NCBI GenBank assembly: GCA_963732895.1
Contig: CAVTBG010000009.1
Span: 192,005-256,004, forward strand
Reading direction: 5' to 3'
DNA from: an uncultured Pseudomonadota bacterium
Lineage (GTDB): Bacteria; Pseudomonadota; Alphaproteobacteria; Rhizobiales; Xanthobacteraceae
Length of the DNA stretch: 64,000 bases
In this document: piece after piece, positions 1 to 9,147 of the stretch
Layout of the letters: each line of letters opens with the position of its first letter
How positions within the stretch are numbered: position 1 is the first letter of the stretch
Made by a program: the position numbers and the translations under genes
The notes under the pieces: generated by a model
Told to the model about the DNA's origin: nothing
The model's input: only the letters and a program-made list of their open reading frames with translations
Database searches by the model: none

Positions 1-793
1 TTCGCGCGTAGTCGTCGCTTTGATAGGCCACGAGCCGACGCACGCCCTCGATGACGACCGGGCGCACATGGGCCGGGAAGGTGCGCGTGACCTCGTCTTC
101 CAATGATTGCAGCGTGGCTGCAGCGCGCTTCTTCTTGTCCGGCAGCTTGGCGGGTTGGCTCTTCGCCCGCGCGGCTTCGAGGCCAGCCCGGAAGCCGCGC
201 AAATTGCTGTCGACCGATTTACCGTCGGCGCGGATGGCGGCTTCGAACTGCTCGGGCGTTAACGGCAGCCGGCCGCCGCCGGCGATGGTGCCGAACATCA
301 CCGCGCTGATGATCGAGCCGCTTTGCTTGGCCAACGCCTCCATGTCGATGAGCAGCGCGTCGTGCGCGTGCTCCTTGATGACCTTGGTGAGCGCGTCCTG
401 GTCGAAGCGGCCGTCGCCCATGGCGATCTTCTCGTCCATGGCATAGAAGCGGCTGAGCGAGGCAATGACGTGGGTGCGCTCGGGTGTGACAAAGCCGGCG
501 GTCACCGTACGACCGGCTTCCAGCAATTCGCTCGCCACCGCGATGTCAATGTCGCCGACGCCCGGCGTCAAGGCCAGCACCGGCCGCTTGCCCTTCAATT
601 CGTTGACGTGAATCGGCAGCATCTCGATGTAATAGGTGGTGGCGCCGGTGCGTTGCGCGACGCCGGGGATCGACGTCGACTGCACCGGGAAGCCGGCTTC
701 CGCCGCCGCCGACACGATCCAGTTGGTGAGCACGCCGCCGCCTTCGCCGCCGAGGGCGGCGATCAGCAGCGTGATCGGACGGTTCGCGCTCAT
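1..793 (-). CDS. iorB: Indolepyruvate ferredoxin oxidoreductase beta-subunit family protein (runs off window start)
   Basis: Manual translation MSANRPITLLIAALGGEGGGVLTNW...QSTSIPGVAQRTGATTYY matches the POR-gamma/IorB N-terminus; ATGA overlap with the iorA stop. Confidence 0.88.
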   Translation of the reverse strand, partial: MSANRPITLLIAALGGEGGGVLTNWIVSAAAEAGFPVQSTSIPGVAQRTGATTYYIEMLPIHVNELKGKRPVLALTPGVGDIDIAVASELLEAGRTVTAGFVTPERTHVIASLSRFYAMDEKIAMGDGRFDQDALTKVIKEHAHDALLIDMEALAKQSGSIISAVMFGTIAGGGRLPLTPEQFEAAIRADGKSVDSNLRGFRAGLEAARAKSQPAKLPDKKKRAAATLQSLEDEVTRTFPAHVRPVVIEGVRRLVAYQSDDYAR

Positions 794-2943
794 GCCGCTG
801 CCTGCACTACCGGCTTGCCGTCATAGCCACCGAGCCAGCCGATGACTTTCTGACGAAAGCGATGCAGCGCGCGGTCGCGCCAGGTGGCATTGCGCACGAT
901 CTCAGCGCGGTAGAACGAGGGGCACAGGACCGCGGCGTGCGCGACCTCGCCGCAGAGCCCGCAGCCGACGCAACTGTCGACCACGGTCGCCACCGGATCG
1001 GTGCGCAAGGGATCGGGCGAGGGCTTTACCGTCAGCGACGGGCAGCCGGACAGACGGATACAGGAATGGTCGCCTGTGCAGATCTCGTCGTCGACGCCGT
1101 AGCGCGCACGTGTCACCCGCTCGCCGCGCTTGAGCCTCTCCGCATCCTCGGCGCGTACGCGGCGCTGGCGTGCGAGCTGGCATTCACCGTCGGCGATGAT
1201 GACCTTGAGGCCTTTTTCGGCGGTCTTCATCGCCTCTTTCAGCGTCTTAGTCATGACGTCGACGCTGTAGGTACGCACCGTGCGCATCCAAGTCACGCCC
1301 ATGGCGCGCAGCGTCTGCTCGATGCTCATGCCCGGCGCAGCACCGTCACGGTTGGTCGCGCTGGATGGGATCCATTGCTGGCCAGTGGCCGAAGCGTAGC
1401 CGTTCTGCATCACGATCAGCACGCCATCACCCTTATTGAACAGGTTCGACGCCACGCCGGTGATCACTCCGTTGTGCCAGAAGCCACCATCGCCCATCAC
1501 CGATATCGGCCGCTGCGCCAGGTTGGGCCCGACCGCGGCGGCGCTGGCGAGCGACATGCCGTAGCCGAGGATGGAATTCCCCATGGAGAATGGCGCGAAG
1601 GTCGCGAACGAATGGCAACCGATATCGGCGCTGATATGGGTGGGGCCGAGCTCTCGCTGCATCAATTTCAGCGCGGAAAATACCGGGCGTTCCGGGCAGC
1701 CGGTGCAGAATGCCGGCGGCCGCGGCGGCAACGCGCCGAGCGCGGCGGCAGCTTTCGGCTTGTGCGCGATCAGCCCGCGCGCCTGTTCGGCAACGGTGTC
1801 TGGGTCGATGCCTTTTGGATGCGTTGCCTGCAGGAAGGCGGCGAGGCCTTCGAGCAGCACCTCCGACGAGTATTCGCCGGCCTGCGGCAGCGGGCCTTTA
1901 CCCAAAACCTTGGTCTGGATGTCGGCGCGGCGCAGCTCGACGTTGATCGCATCCTCGATGTAGGCCGGGTTGCCTTCTTCCACCACGAGTACCGCGCGCT
2001 TGCCCGCGCAGAACTCGCGGATTTCCCCCGGCACCAGCGGATAGACCACGTTCAGCACCAGCATCGGGATGCGGGAGGCGCCGAACACGTCGGCCAGCCC
2101 CATGCGCTCCATGGCGCGCAGCACGCTGTTGGTGAGCCCGCCCATGACGATGATGCCGACATCGTTCAAGTCGCCGTCGATCAATTCGTTGAGCTTGTTG
2201 TCGCGGATGAAAGCCTGTGCCGCCGGCAGCCGCTGCTCGACCTTCAGCTTCTCCTGCACAAAGGTGACCGGCGGATGCGCCAGCTTGCCGTAGTTGAAGC
2301 GGGCCGGGGCAGGAATGCGATTTATGCCGGAATATTCCGCCTTGCGGTTGGTCTTGGCGGCGAATTCGCCCGTGGCGTGGCAGGCGCGGATGCGCAGCTC
2401 CAGCATAACCGGAGCGTGGCTAGCCTCCGATAATTCGAAGCCTTTTTCCACCGAGCGCACGATTGAGGGCAGGTCTGGGCGCGGATCAAGCAGCCACATC
2501 GATGACTTGAGCGCATAAGCATAGGAGCGCTCCTGGATGACGCTGGCGCCTTCGCCATAGTCCTCGCCCAGTATGATCATGGCGCCGCCAACGACGCCGG
2601 GAGAGGCGAGATTCGAAAGCGCATCGGCCGCCACATTGGTGCCGACGATCGACTTCCAGGTCACCGCACCGCGCAAGGGATAGTTGATCGAGGCGCCCAG
2701 CATGGCGGCGGCACTGGCCTCATTCGAACAAGTCTCCAGGTGCACACCGAGCTGGCCCATGATGTCTTCAGCATCCACCAGCACGTCGAGCAGGTGCGAG
2801 ACCGGCGCGCCCTGATAGCCGCCCACGTAGGAAACGCCCGATTGCAGCAACGCCTTGGTGACGGCCAGAATCCCTTCTCCGCGAAAAGTCTCGCCGTTGC
2901 CGAGCTTGAGCGCCTGCACTTCTTTCTTGAATGAACGTTCCAT
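790..2943 (-). CDS. iorA: Indolepyruvate ferredoxin oxidoreductase alpha subunit (TPP-binding plus ferredoxin domain)
   Basis: 717 aa; GYQGAP N-terminus, FCTGCPER, GDGGFWHNG TPP motif, C-terminal CTGDHSC and CVGCGLC Fe-S motifs. Confidence 0.92.
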   Translation of the reverse strand: MERSFKKEVQALKLGNGETFRGEGILAVTKALLQSGVSYVGGYQGAPVSHLLDVLVDAEDIMGQLGVHLETCSNEASAAAMLGASINYPLRGAVTWKSIVGTNVAADALSNLASPGVVGGAMIILGEDYGEGASVIQERSYAYALKSSMWLLDPRPDLPSIVRSVEKGFELSEASHAPVMLELRIRACHATGEFAAKTNRKAEYSGINRIPAPARFNYGKLAHPPVTFVQEKLKVEQRLPAAQAFIRDNKLNELIDGDLNDVGIIVMGGLTNSVLRAMERMGLADVFGASRIPMLVLNVVYPLVPGEIREFCAGKRAVLVVEEGNPAYIEDAINVELRRADIQTKVLGKGPLPQAGEYSSEVLLEGLAAFLQATHPKGIDPDTVAEQARGLIAHKPKAAAALGALPPRPPAFCTGCPERPVFSALKLMQRELGPTHISADIGCHSFATFAPFSMGNSILGYGMSLASAAAVGPNLAQRPISVMGDGGFWHNGVITGVASNLFNKGDGVLIVMQNGYASATGQQWIPSSATNRDGAAPGMSIEQTLRAMGVTWMRTVRTYSVDVMTKTLKEAMKTAEKGLKVIIADGECQLARQRRVRAEDAERLKRGERVTRARYGVDDEICTGDHSCIRLSGCPSLTVKPSPDPLRTDPVATVVDSCVGCGLCGEVAHAAVLCPSFYRAEIVRNATWRDRALHRFRQKVIGWLGGYDGKPVVQAAA

Positions 2944-2993
2944 CGCGGGTCTCCAGCCGATGGTTTGGACGCAAACTATCTATCAAGTCCTGG

Positions 2994-4295
2994 TCACATA
3001 TGCGAGGGCAGCCAGGTAGCTAAAATGGGGAAGGTGATGATGATGGCCAGCCGCAGGATGTCTGTCAGCACGAACGGCATGACCCCATAGAATACCGTCG
3101 AGAGCTTCACCTCGCGTATCACGCTCTTGATGACGAAGACGTTCATGCCAACCGGCGGATGGATCAGGCCCAACTCGACCGTCATCACGATGACTACGCC
3201 GAACCAGATCGGGTCGAAGCCGAGCGCCTGGATCACCGGGAACACGATCGGTACCGTCAGGATGATCATGGCCATGGCATCCATGATGCAACCGAGCACC
3301 AAATACATCAGCAGGATCAGCACAAGAACGCCATAGGGGCCGAGGCCGAGCCCGGTGAGAAAGGCGGTAAGCTTCTGCGGCGTCTGGGTGATGGTGAGGA
3401 AGTAGCCGAAAATCAGAGCGCCGATCAGGATCGTGAACACCGCCGCAGTCGTGCGCAGGGATTCGATCAAGCAGTTCCAAAAATCGGCGCGCGAAAGCTT
3501 GCGCCGCACCACCGCGATGATGAAGGCGCCGGCCGCGCCCATGCCGGCCGCCTCGGTGGCGGTGAACATGCCGGCATAGAGCCCGCCGATGATGAAGATG
3601 AACAGCAGCACCACCGCCCAAATGTCCTTCAGTGCCTCGAGGCGCTCGGTCCATGAGTGGCGCGGCGTCTTGGGCAGGAAGCCTGGGCGGAAGAAGGCGA
3701 TCAGGTTGATGGTGACGATGTACATCCCCACCGCGATGATGCCCGGAATGATGCCCGCAATGAACAGCTTGCCAATGTCCTGCTCCGTGATCAGCCCGTA
3801 GACCGCAAACACGGTGGAGGGGGGGATCATGATGCCGAGCGAGCCGCCGGCCGCGATCACGCCGGTGGCGAAGCTCTGCGGATAGCCGAACTGGCGCATC
3901 TCCGGATAGGCGACCTTGGAGAAGGTTGCCGCAGTCGCCACCGACGATCCGCAGATGGCGGCAAAACCGCCGCAGGCCGCGATGGTGGCGACGCCTAATC
4001 CCCCGCGCAGATGGCCGAGAAAGGTGTTGGACGCGCGGAACAATTCACGGCTCATGCCGGATGCCGACGCGAAAGCGCCCATCAGCAGGAACAGCGGGAT
4101 AACCGCGAATTCGGCGTCGGTGGCGGTGCGAATAGGCGACTGCGACAGCAGCTTCAGCGCCGGATGGATATCGCCGATCAGATAACCGAAACCGAGCACG
4201 CCGACCGTGCCCATGGCGATGCCGACCGGCACGCGCAGCATCATCAGCGCGAACAGCGACACGAAACCGGTGACGGCGACGGCATCAGTGCTCAT
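2994..4295 (-). CDS. dctM: TRAP transporter large permease
   Basis: 433 aa polytopic membrane protein; GSSVATAA, GIMIPPS, TATEA, GLIHPPVG motifs. Confidence 0.95.
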   Translation of the reverse strand: MSTDAVAVTGFVSLFALMMLRVPVGIAMGTVGVLGFGYLIGDIHPALKLLSQSPIRTATDAEFAVIPLFLLMGAFASASGMSRELFRASNTFLGHLRGGLGVATIAACGGFAAICGSSVATAATFSKVAYPEMRQFGYPQSFATGVIAAGGSLGIMIPPSTVFAVYGLITEQDIGKLFIAGIIPGIIAVGMYIVTINLIAFFRPGFLPKTPRHSWTERLEALKDIWAVVLLFIFIIGGLYAGMFTATEAAGMGAAGAFIIAVVRRKLSRADFWNCLIESLRTTAAVFTILIGALIFGYFLTITQTPQKLTAFLTGLGLGPYGVLVLILLMYLVLGCIMDAMAMIILTVPIVFPVIQALGFDPIWFGVVIVMTVELGLIHPPVGMNVFVIKSVIREVKLSTVFYGVMPFVLTDILRLAIIITFPILATWLPSHM

Positions 4296-4309
4296 GGCTT
4301 GGCACGCTT

Positions 4310-4358
4310 GCGCATGATCTTATCCTAAAACCGGTTCCCACTTTTCGGGATCATGCGC
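4310..4358 (-). repeat. 49-bp palindromic intergenic element, copy 1 (GCGCATGATC...GATCATGCGC)
   Basis: 10-bp terminal inverted repeats around AAAACCGGTTCCCACTTTTCGG; near-identical copies at 7855 and 18341. Confidence 0.9.
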
Positions 4359-4361
4359 GCC

Positions 4362-4889
4362 TCACTCGCCCGTATGCGCTTCGCGGGCGGGCGCGAGTTT
4401 TTCGGGCGCCAGCAGCAGCCGCAGCGTGCGCAGCATCAGCAGCAGCACGGCGGCGGCCAATCCGATCCACGCGATGAAATAGTAGATCCAGACCGGCTGG
4501 CGCAGATCGAACGTGCCGGTGTGCGCGATGCGGGTGTTCAACACCTTTTCGGCGAACATCCAGGTGAAGGCGGCGAGGCCAACGAGCGTGACGAGCGCGG
4601 CGAACACGTCCATGGCCCGCTGCACCAACGGCGGCATGGCGCTCCACAACAGATCGACGGTGATATGGTCGCCGCGATAGCTTGCCACGGCCATGCCCCA
4701 GAAGATCAAAATTCCGAGCAGCAGGCTGGTGACATCGTAGGCGTCTGGAATTCCCCAGGAGAAGAAATAACGCAGGATCACCGAAACGAAGGTGAGCAAG
4801 GTGACGACGGCGAGAAACCCCGCCGCCATCACTTCGATCAGGTCGATGAACTTGTCGATGGGACTGCGTCCCCTCGTGGCGTCGTCCAT
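4362..4889 (-). CDS. dctQ: TRAP transporter small permease
   Basis: 175 aa, 4 TM, VILRYFF and HITVDLL motifs, lies between dctP and dctM. Confidence 0.92.
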   Translation of the reverse strand: MDDATRGRSPIDKFIDLIEVMAAGFLAVVTLLTFVSVILRYFFSWGIPDAYDVTSLLLGILIFWGMAVASYRGDHITVDLLWSAMPPLVQRAMDVFAALVTLVGLAAFTWMFAEKVLNTRIAHTGTFDLRQPVWIYYFIAWIGLAAAVLLLMLRTLRLLLAPEKLAPAREAHTGE

Positions 4890-5917
4890 CAGTAGGCCGC
4901 GTTCTCTTTCTTGAGGTCAGCCTTCAACTCGGCCATGGCCTTCGCCGGATCGACGCCGGCCTTCTTGGCGCCGGCTGCCCACTTGGCCTCGAGCGGCGCC
5001 GCCGCCTTGCGCCATTCGGCGACTTGCGCGGCGCTGATCGTATAGACCTCATGGCTCTTCTCGGCCTTCAGCTTGGCGATGCCGTTGTGCTCAAAGTCGG
5101 CCCACGGCGCGGCCACGCGCAACGCCCACTTGCTGTTGCAGTGGTCGTCGATAACCTTCTTCTGTTTGGCGTCCATCTCGTTGTACTTGGCCTTGTTGAA
5201 CACCAGCGCGAAGGTCGTCGTGTAGAACGGCATTTCCAAATCGTACTTGGTGACCTTGTCGATGCCGAAGAGCACGATCGAGCCCCACGGGAAGGTCACA
5301 GCGTCAGCGACATGGCGAGCCAGTACGTCACGCACCTGCGGCGCGGAAGCTTGCACGTTGGTGCCGCCAAGCAGGCGAACGAATTCGGCGATGGTGCCCT
5401 GCGCCGGGCGGATCTTCATGCCCTTGATGTCGCCGGGCACCATGATCTTCTTGTCGACCGAGTGGAACGAGCCCGGATCGTGCACGAAGGCCAGGCAGAA
5501 TTTGACGTCCTTCATCTCCTTGGCGGCATATTTGCGGTACCATTCATCGAGCGCCACGGTACCGCCCTTGGCGTTCGACATCAGGAACGGCAACTCGCCG
5601 GCGGCAATGACCGGAAAGCGGCCAGGCGTGTAGCCCGGATTGATGTAAGTCATGTCGGCGATGCCGTCGCGCGCCATGTCGTAGTGGTCGAAAGCCTTAC
5701 CGAGCTGCTGGGAGGGATAGATGGTCGCCGTGATGGTGCCGCCGGAGTCCTTCTTCACCGACGCGGCCCAATCCTCCAGCGCTTTCTGCAACGGGTGTGA
5801 CGGCGGTACCCAATGCGATATCTTGAGATGAAAGTCCTTGGCCATCGCCCCCGTCGGGGCGCACATCAGTGCGGCGATGGCGGCCGCATAGACACAGGCC
5901 GTAAAACGCGATTTCAT
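4889..5917 (-). CDS. dctP: TRAP substrate-binding protein
   Basis: Signal peptide; IYPSQQLG, DIKGMKIRP, DAVTFPW motifs. Confidence 0.93.
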   Translation of the reverse strand: MKSRFTACVYAAAIAALMCAPTGAMAKDFHLKISHWVPPSHPLQKALEDWAASVKKDSGGTITATIYPSQQLGKAFDHYDMARDGIADMTYINPGYTPGRFPVIAAGELPFLMSNAKGGTVALDEWYRKYAAKEMKDVKFCLAFVHDPGSFHSVDKKIMVPGDIKGMKIRPAQGTIAEFVRLLGGTNVQASAPQVRDVLARHVADAVTFPWGSIVLFGIDKVTKYDLEMPFYTTTFALVFNKAKYNEMDAKQKKVIDDHCNSKWALRVAAPWADFEHNGIAKLKAEKSHEVYTISAAQVAEWRKAAAPLEAKWAAGAKKAGVDPAKAMAELKADLKKENAAY

Positions 5918-6000
5918 GAAGTCCCTCCCTTGGTTATAGGTCGCTATCAGCGACTTTTCTGAAGCTCAGCAGAATGTTGGCTGGATTGCAAAGTCTAACG

Positions 6001-6014
6001 GTTTGATACCAAAC
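6001..6014. promoter_or_regulatory. Candidate operator GTTTG-N4-CAAAC in the divergent dctP/marR promoter
   Basis: Inverted repeat gtttgataccaaac between divergent genes. Confidence 0.35.
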
Positions 6015-6074
6015 TAAATCGCGGGGGAGCGAGTCGAAAATTCGGCGCGCTGCACGACTATCGGGGGAATCGCG

Positions 6075-6575
6075 GTGAGTGGTAGCAATGGGACGGGTCC
6101 TGGCGCGGGTCGGCGCGGCAGAAACGGCGCAGCCGCGGCCGGTTCTATCAAACTGGGTCCGCTGGAACACTGGATCGGCTTTAATCTGCGCATGGCGCAG
6201 GAGGCCACCTTCCAGGCGTTTTCGCGCCGGTCGCAGGAGGTCGGTGAGAGCCCCGGGCGTTTCGCCACTTTGACGCTCATCGCGCGCAATCCGGGCATCA
6301 GCCAAACCGAGCTCAGTTACGCGGCCGGTCGTGACAAGTCGAGCCTGACGCCGGTGGTCGAAGACCTGGTGCGGCGCGGCCTGGTGGCGCGCAAGCGCAT
6401 GGAACACGACCGCCGTACCTATAGCTTGAACCTGACGCCCGAGGGCAAGAAGACGCTCACAATGATGACCCGCTGCGCGCGGCGGCATGAACGTAACCTC
6501 GATCGCGTTATCGGTATGCGCGACCGCAAGCGCTTCTTGCAGCTCTTGAAGAAGATTGCGACCGAGATCGACTGA
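6075..6575 (+). CDS. MarR-family transcriptional regulator
   Basis: 166 aa; PGISQTELS, DKSSLTPVVEDL, DRRTYSLNLTPEG winged-helix pattern. Confidence 0.92.
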   Translation: MSGSNGTGPGAGRRGRNGAAAAGSIKLGPLEHWIGFNLRMAQEATFQAFSRRSQEVGESPGRFATLTLIARNPGISQTELSYAAGRDKSSLTPVVEDLVRRGLVARKRMEHDRRTYSLNLTPEGKKTLTMMTRCARRHERNLDRVIGMRDRKRFLQLLKKIATEID

Positions 6576-6628
6576 GCTTCCCTGCATCGGCATCGCCCTT
6601 GCTTTCCGATCGTTCCCTCGGATGAGAG

Positions 6629-7045
6629 TTACGCGCCGAACTTCTCCCGCACCGACGCCGGCACCGGATGCGATTTGAGTCTGCCCTCGGCGTCGCGCAC
6701 CACCCACACCCGCTTTTCGGCGCATTCGACGCAAAGATCGCTTCCGCGGCTGAGCTTGTGTTCGATTTCGAAACTGGTGCGCCCGAAGGTGATCTTGGTG
6801 TCGACCGTGACATCGTCGCCGAAGCGGGTGGGGCGGATGAACTTGGCCTGCGTGCGCACCAGCGGGTAGCCGGCGAAATCCAGGTTCTTGAGCTGCTGGT
6901 ACTTGGTCTGCCCGAGCGCGCGCTCGAACAGCGCCGCTGTCGAGGCGTCGAAGATTTCGAAATAGCGCGGATAGAAGATGATGCCGGCGGGGTCACAGTC
7001 GCCCCACTCAATTCGCACTTGGCGGCTATTGGTTAGTGTGGTCAC
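6629..7045 (-). CDS. Acyl-CoA thioesterase, 4-hydroxybenzoyl-CoA thioesterase (hot-dog) family
   Basis: EWGDCDPAGIIFYPRYF motif; GTG start chosen at 7045 behind GAGG. Confidence 0.88.
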   Translation of the reverse strand: MTTLTNSRQVRIEWGDCDPAGIIFYPRYFEIFDASTAALFERALGQTKYQQLKNLDFAGYPLVRTQAKFIRPTRFGDDVTVDTKITFGRTSFEIEHKLSRGSDLCVECAEKRVWVVRDAEGRLKSHPVPASVREKFGA

Positions 7046-7070
7046 GTGACTTTGCCTCAAAAAGAAGAAA

Positions 7071-7835
7071 TTAGCGCGGCGCCATGCGCAGCGCGCCGTC
7101 GAGGCGGATCACCTCGCCGTTGAGATAGACATTGTGGATGCAGTGCATGACAAGCGCCGCGAATTCGCGTGGGCTCCCGAGGCGCTTGGGGAACGGCACC
7201 GAGGCGCCGAGCGAATCCTGGGTTTCCTGCGGCAGCGCCTGCAGCATCGGCGTGCTGAAGATGCCGGGCGCGATCGCCATGACGCGGATGCCGAACTGGG
7301 CGAACTCGCGGGCCGCCGGCATGGTCAGCGCGGCGACGCCGCCCTTGGACGATGAATAAGCAGCTTGGCCGATCTGACCCTCGAAGGCAGCGACCGAGGC
7401 TGTCGACACGATGATGCCGCGCTCATCGTCCGGCAGTGGGTCGAGCCTCTGCATGGCGGCGCCGCAAAGCCGCATCATATTGAAGGTCCCAATCAAATTG
7501 ATCCTGATGACGCGCTCGTAGTCGGCGAGCGGCATCGGCCCGTCGCGGCCGACGATGCGCTTGGCCGGGCCGACGCCGGCGCAATTGATCAGGATGCGCG
7601 CCGGCCCGTGGTCGGCGGCGGCCTTCTTGATGGCATCTTCGGCGCTCGCGGAATCGGCTACGTCGCAATGGATTGCGATGCCGTTGATGTCGATCGCCAC
7701 GTCAGCGGCGGCTTTGTCGTTGACATCAAGGATGGCCACCCGCGCGCCGGCGGCAGCGAGCGTGCGGGCGCAGGCCGCGCCCAGGCCGGAGGCGCCGCCG
7801 GTGACGATGGCCACTTGTCCTTTGACTTCCATCAC
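7071..7835 (-). CDS. SDR, 3-hydroxyacyl-CoA dehydrogenase type II-like
   Basis: TGGASGLG, NCAG, GQIGQAAYSSSKGG, GEVIRLDGALRM. Confidence 0.92.
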   Translation of the reverse strand: MMEVKGQVAIVTGGASGLGAACARTLAAAGARVAILDVNDKAAADVAIDINGIAIHCDVADSASAEDAIKKAAADHGPARILINCAGVGPAKRIVGRDGPMPLADYERVIRINLIGTFNMMRLCGAAMQRLDPLPDDERGIIVSTASVAAFEGQIGQAAYSSSKGGVAALTMPAAREFAQFGIRVMAIAPGIFSTPMLQALPQETQDSLGASVPFPKRLGSPREFAALVMHCIHNVYLNGEVIRLDGALRMAPR

Positions 7836-7854
7836 TGCGCCCTCATTTCTCGAT

Positions 7855-7905
7855 CGCGCATGATCTGATCCGAAAACCGGTTCCCACTTTTCGGGATCAT
7901 GCGCG
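7855..7905 (-). repeat. 49-bp palindromic element, copy 2 (overlaps the thiolase stop codon)
   Basis: cgcgcatgatctgatccgaaaaccggttcccacttttcgggatcatgcgcg. Confidence 0.9.
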
Positions 7906-9141
7906 GGCCTCCCGGTTCTCGATCAGCAGCGCGATGCCCTGGCCGCCGCCGATACAGGCTGACGCAATGCCGTAGCGTGCGCCCGAGCGCTTGAGCTCGC
8001 GCGCGCAGGTCAGCGTCAACCGGATGCCGGTGGCGCCGAGCGGATGGCCGATTGCGATTGCCCCACCGTTGACGTTGAGCTTGTCCTCGTCGAGCGCGAG
8101 TTCGCGCGCACAGGCCATGACCTGGGCGCCGAAGGCCTCGTTGATCTCGATGCGGTCGATGTCGTCGAGTTTCAGCCCCGCGCGCTCCAGCACGGCGCGG
8201 ATTGCCGGCACCGGGCCGATGCCCATGATCTCCGGCGGCACGCCGATCGCGGCGCTCGCCAGAATGCGCGCCAGCGGCGTCTTGCCAAGCTTGTGGGTGT
8301 AATCGGCGCTGCCGACGAGAACGGCCGCGGCGCCGTCGACGATCGCCGACGAATTGCCGCCGGTCTGCACGCCGCCAAAGGCCGGGCGGATTTTCGCGAG
8401 CTGCTCAACCGAAGATGACCGGATATGGGTGTCGGCCTTCAGTTCGTCTTTCACCTTGATGCCACGCGCGTTGAGGCCCTCGGCCTCGAATTTCTCGGTC
8501 GTGACGGGCGCGATCTCGCCGGCGAGAAAACCATCCTCTTGCGCCTTCACCGCGCGCGCGAACGAGCGTGCGGCGAACTCGTCCACTTGCGGCCGGGTGA
8601 TCTGGTACTGCTTCGCCAGGTTCTCGGCGGTGTCGCCCATGGTGAGGTCGGGGCCGGTGTCGCGCAGCGCTTCCCACAGGAAATCCTTGAACTCGGTCTG
8701 CCCCATGCGGAAACCGCCGCGCAGGGTGTAGGCGGCGATCGGATTGCGGGTCATCGACTCGGTGCCGACGCAAAGCGCCAGCTCCGCGCGGCCGAGCGAG
8801 GTCGCGTCGGACGCCTGCGCCAGCACCTCGATGCCGGTGCCGCAGACCCGCTGCACCATATGCGCGGGCGCTTCTTGCGATACGCCGGAGTAGAGCCCGA
8901 CATGACGAGGCAACATGTAGGCGTCGAAACTCGCCTGCGCCATCGAGCCGGTGATGACGATGCCGACGTCCCGCGGCGAGGCGCCTGTCTTCTTGAAGGC
9001 TTCGCGCGCGACCTTGATACCGAGATCGATCGGCGACACCGAACCGAGCGCGCCGTTGTAGTCGGCGAACGGCGTGCGCATGCCGTCGATAAGCCACGCG
9101 TCTTGGTAGGTCGCGCCGATGCCGTTCTTTGCGGTGCTCAC
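7897..9141 (-). CDS. Thiolase (acetyl-CoA C-acyltransferase)
   Basis: QRVCGTG, NEAF, GHPLGATG, ACIGGGQG catalytic motifs. Confidence 0.95.
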   Translation of the reverse strand: MSTAKNGIGATYQDAWLIDGMRTPFADYNGALGSVSPIDLGIKVAREAFKKTGASPRDVGIVITGSMAQASFDAYMLPRHVGLYSGVSQEAPAHMVQRVCGTGIEVLAQASDATSLGRAELALCVGTESMTRNPIAAYTLRGGFRMGQTEFKDFLWEALRDTGPDLTMGDTAENLAKQYQITRPQVDEFAARSFARAVKAQEDGFLAGEIAPVTTEKFEAEGLNARGIKVKDELKADTHIRSSSVEQLAKIRPAFGGVQTGGNSSAIVDGAAAVLVGSADYTHKLGKTPLARILASAAIGVPPEIMGIGPVPAIRAVLERAGLKLDDIDRIEINEAFGAQVMACARELALDEDKLNVNGGAIAIGHPLGATGIRLTLTCARELKRSGARYGIASACIGGGQGIALLIENREARA

Positions 9142-9147
9142 TTGACG

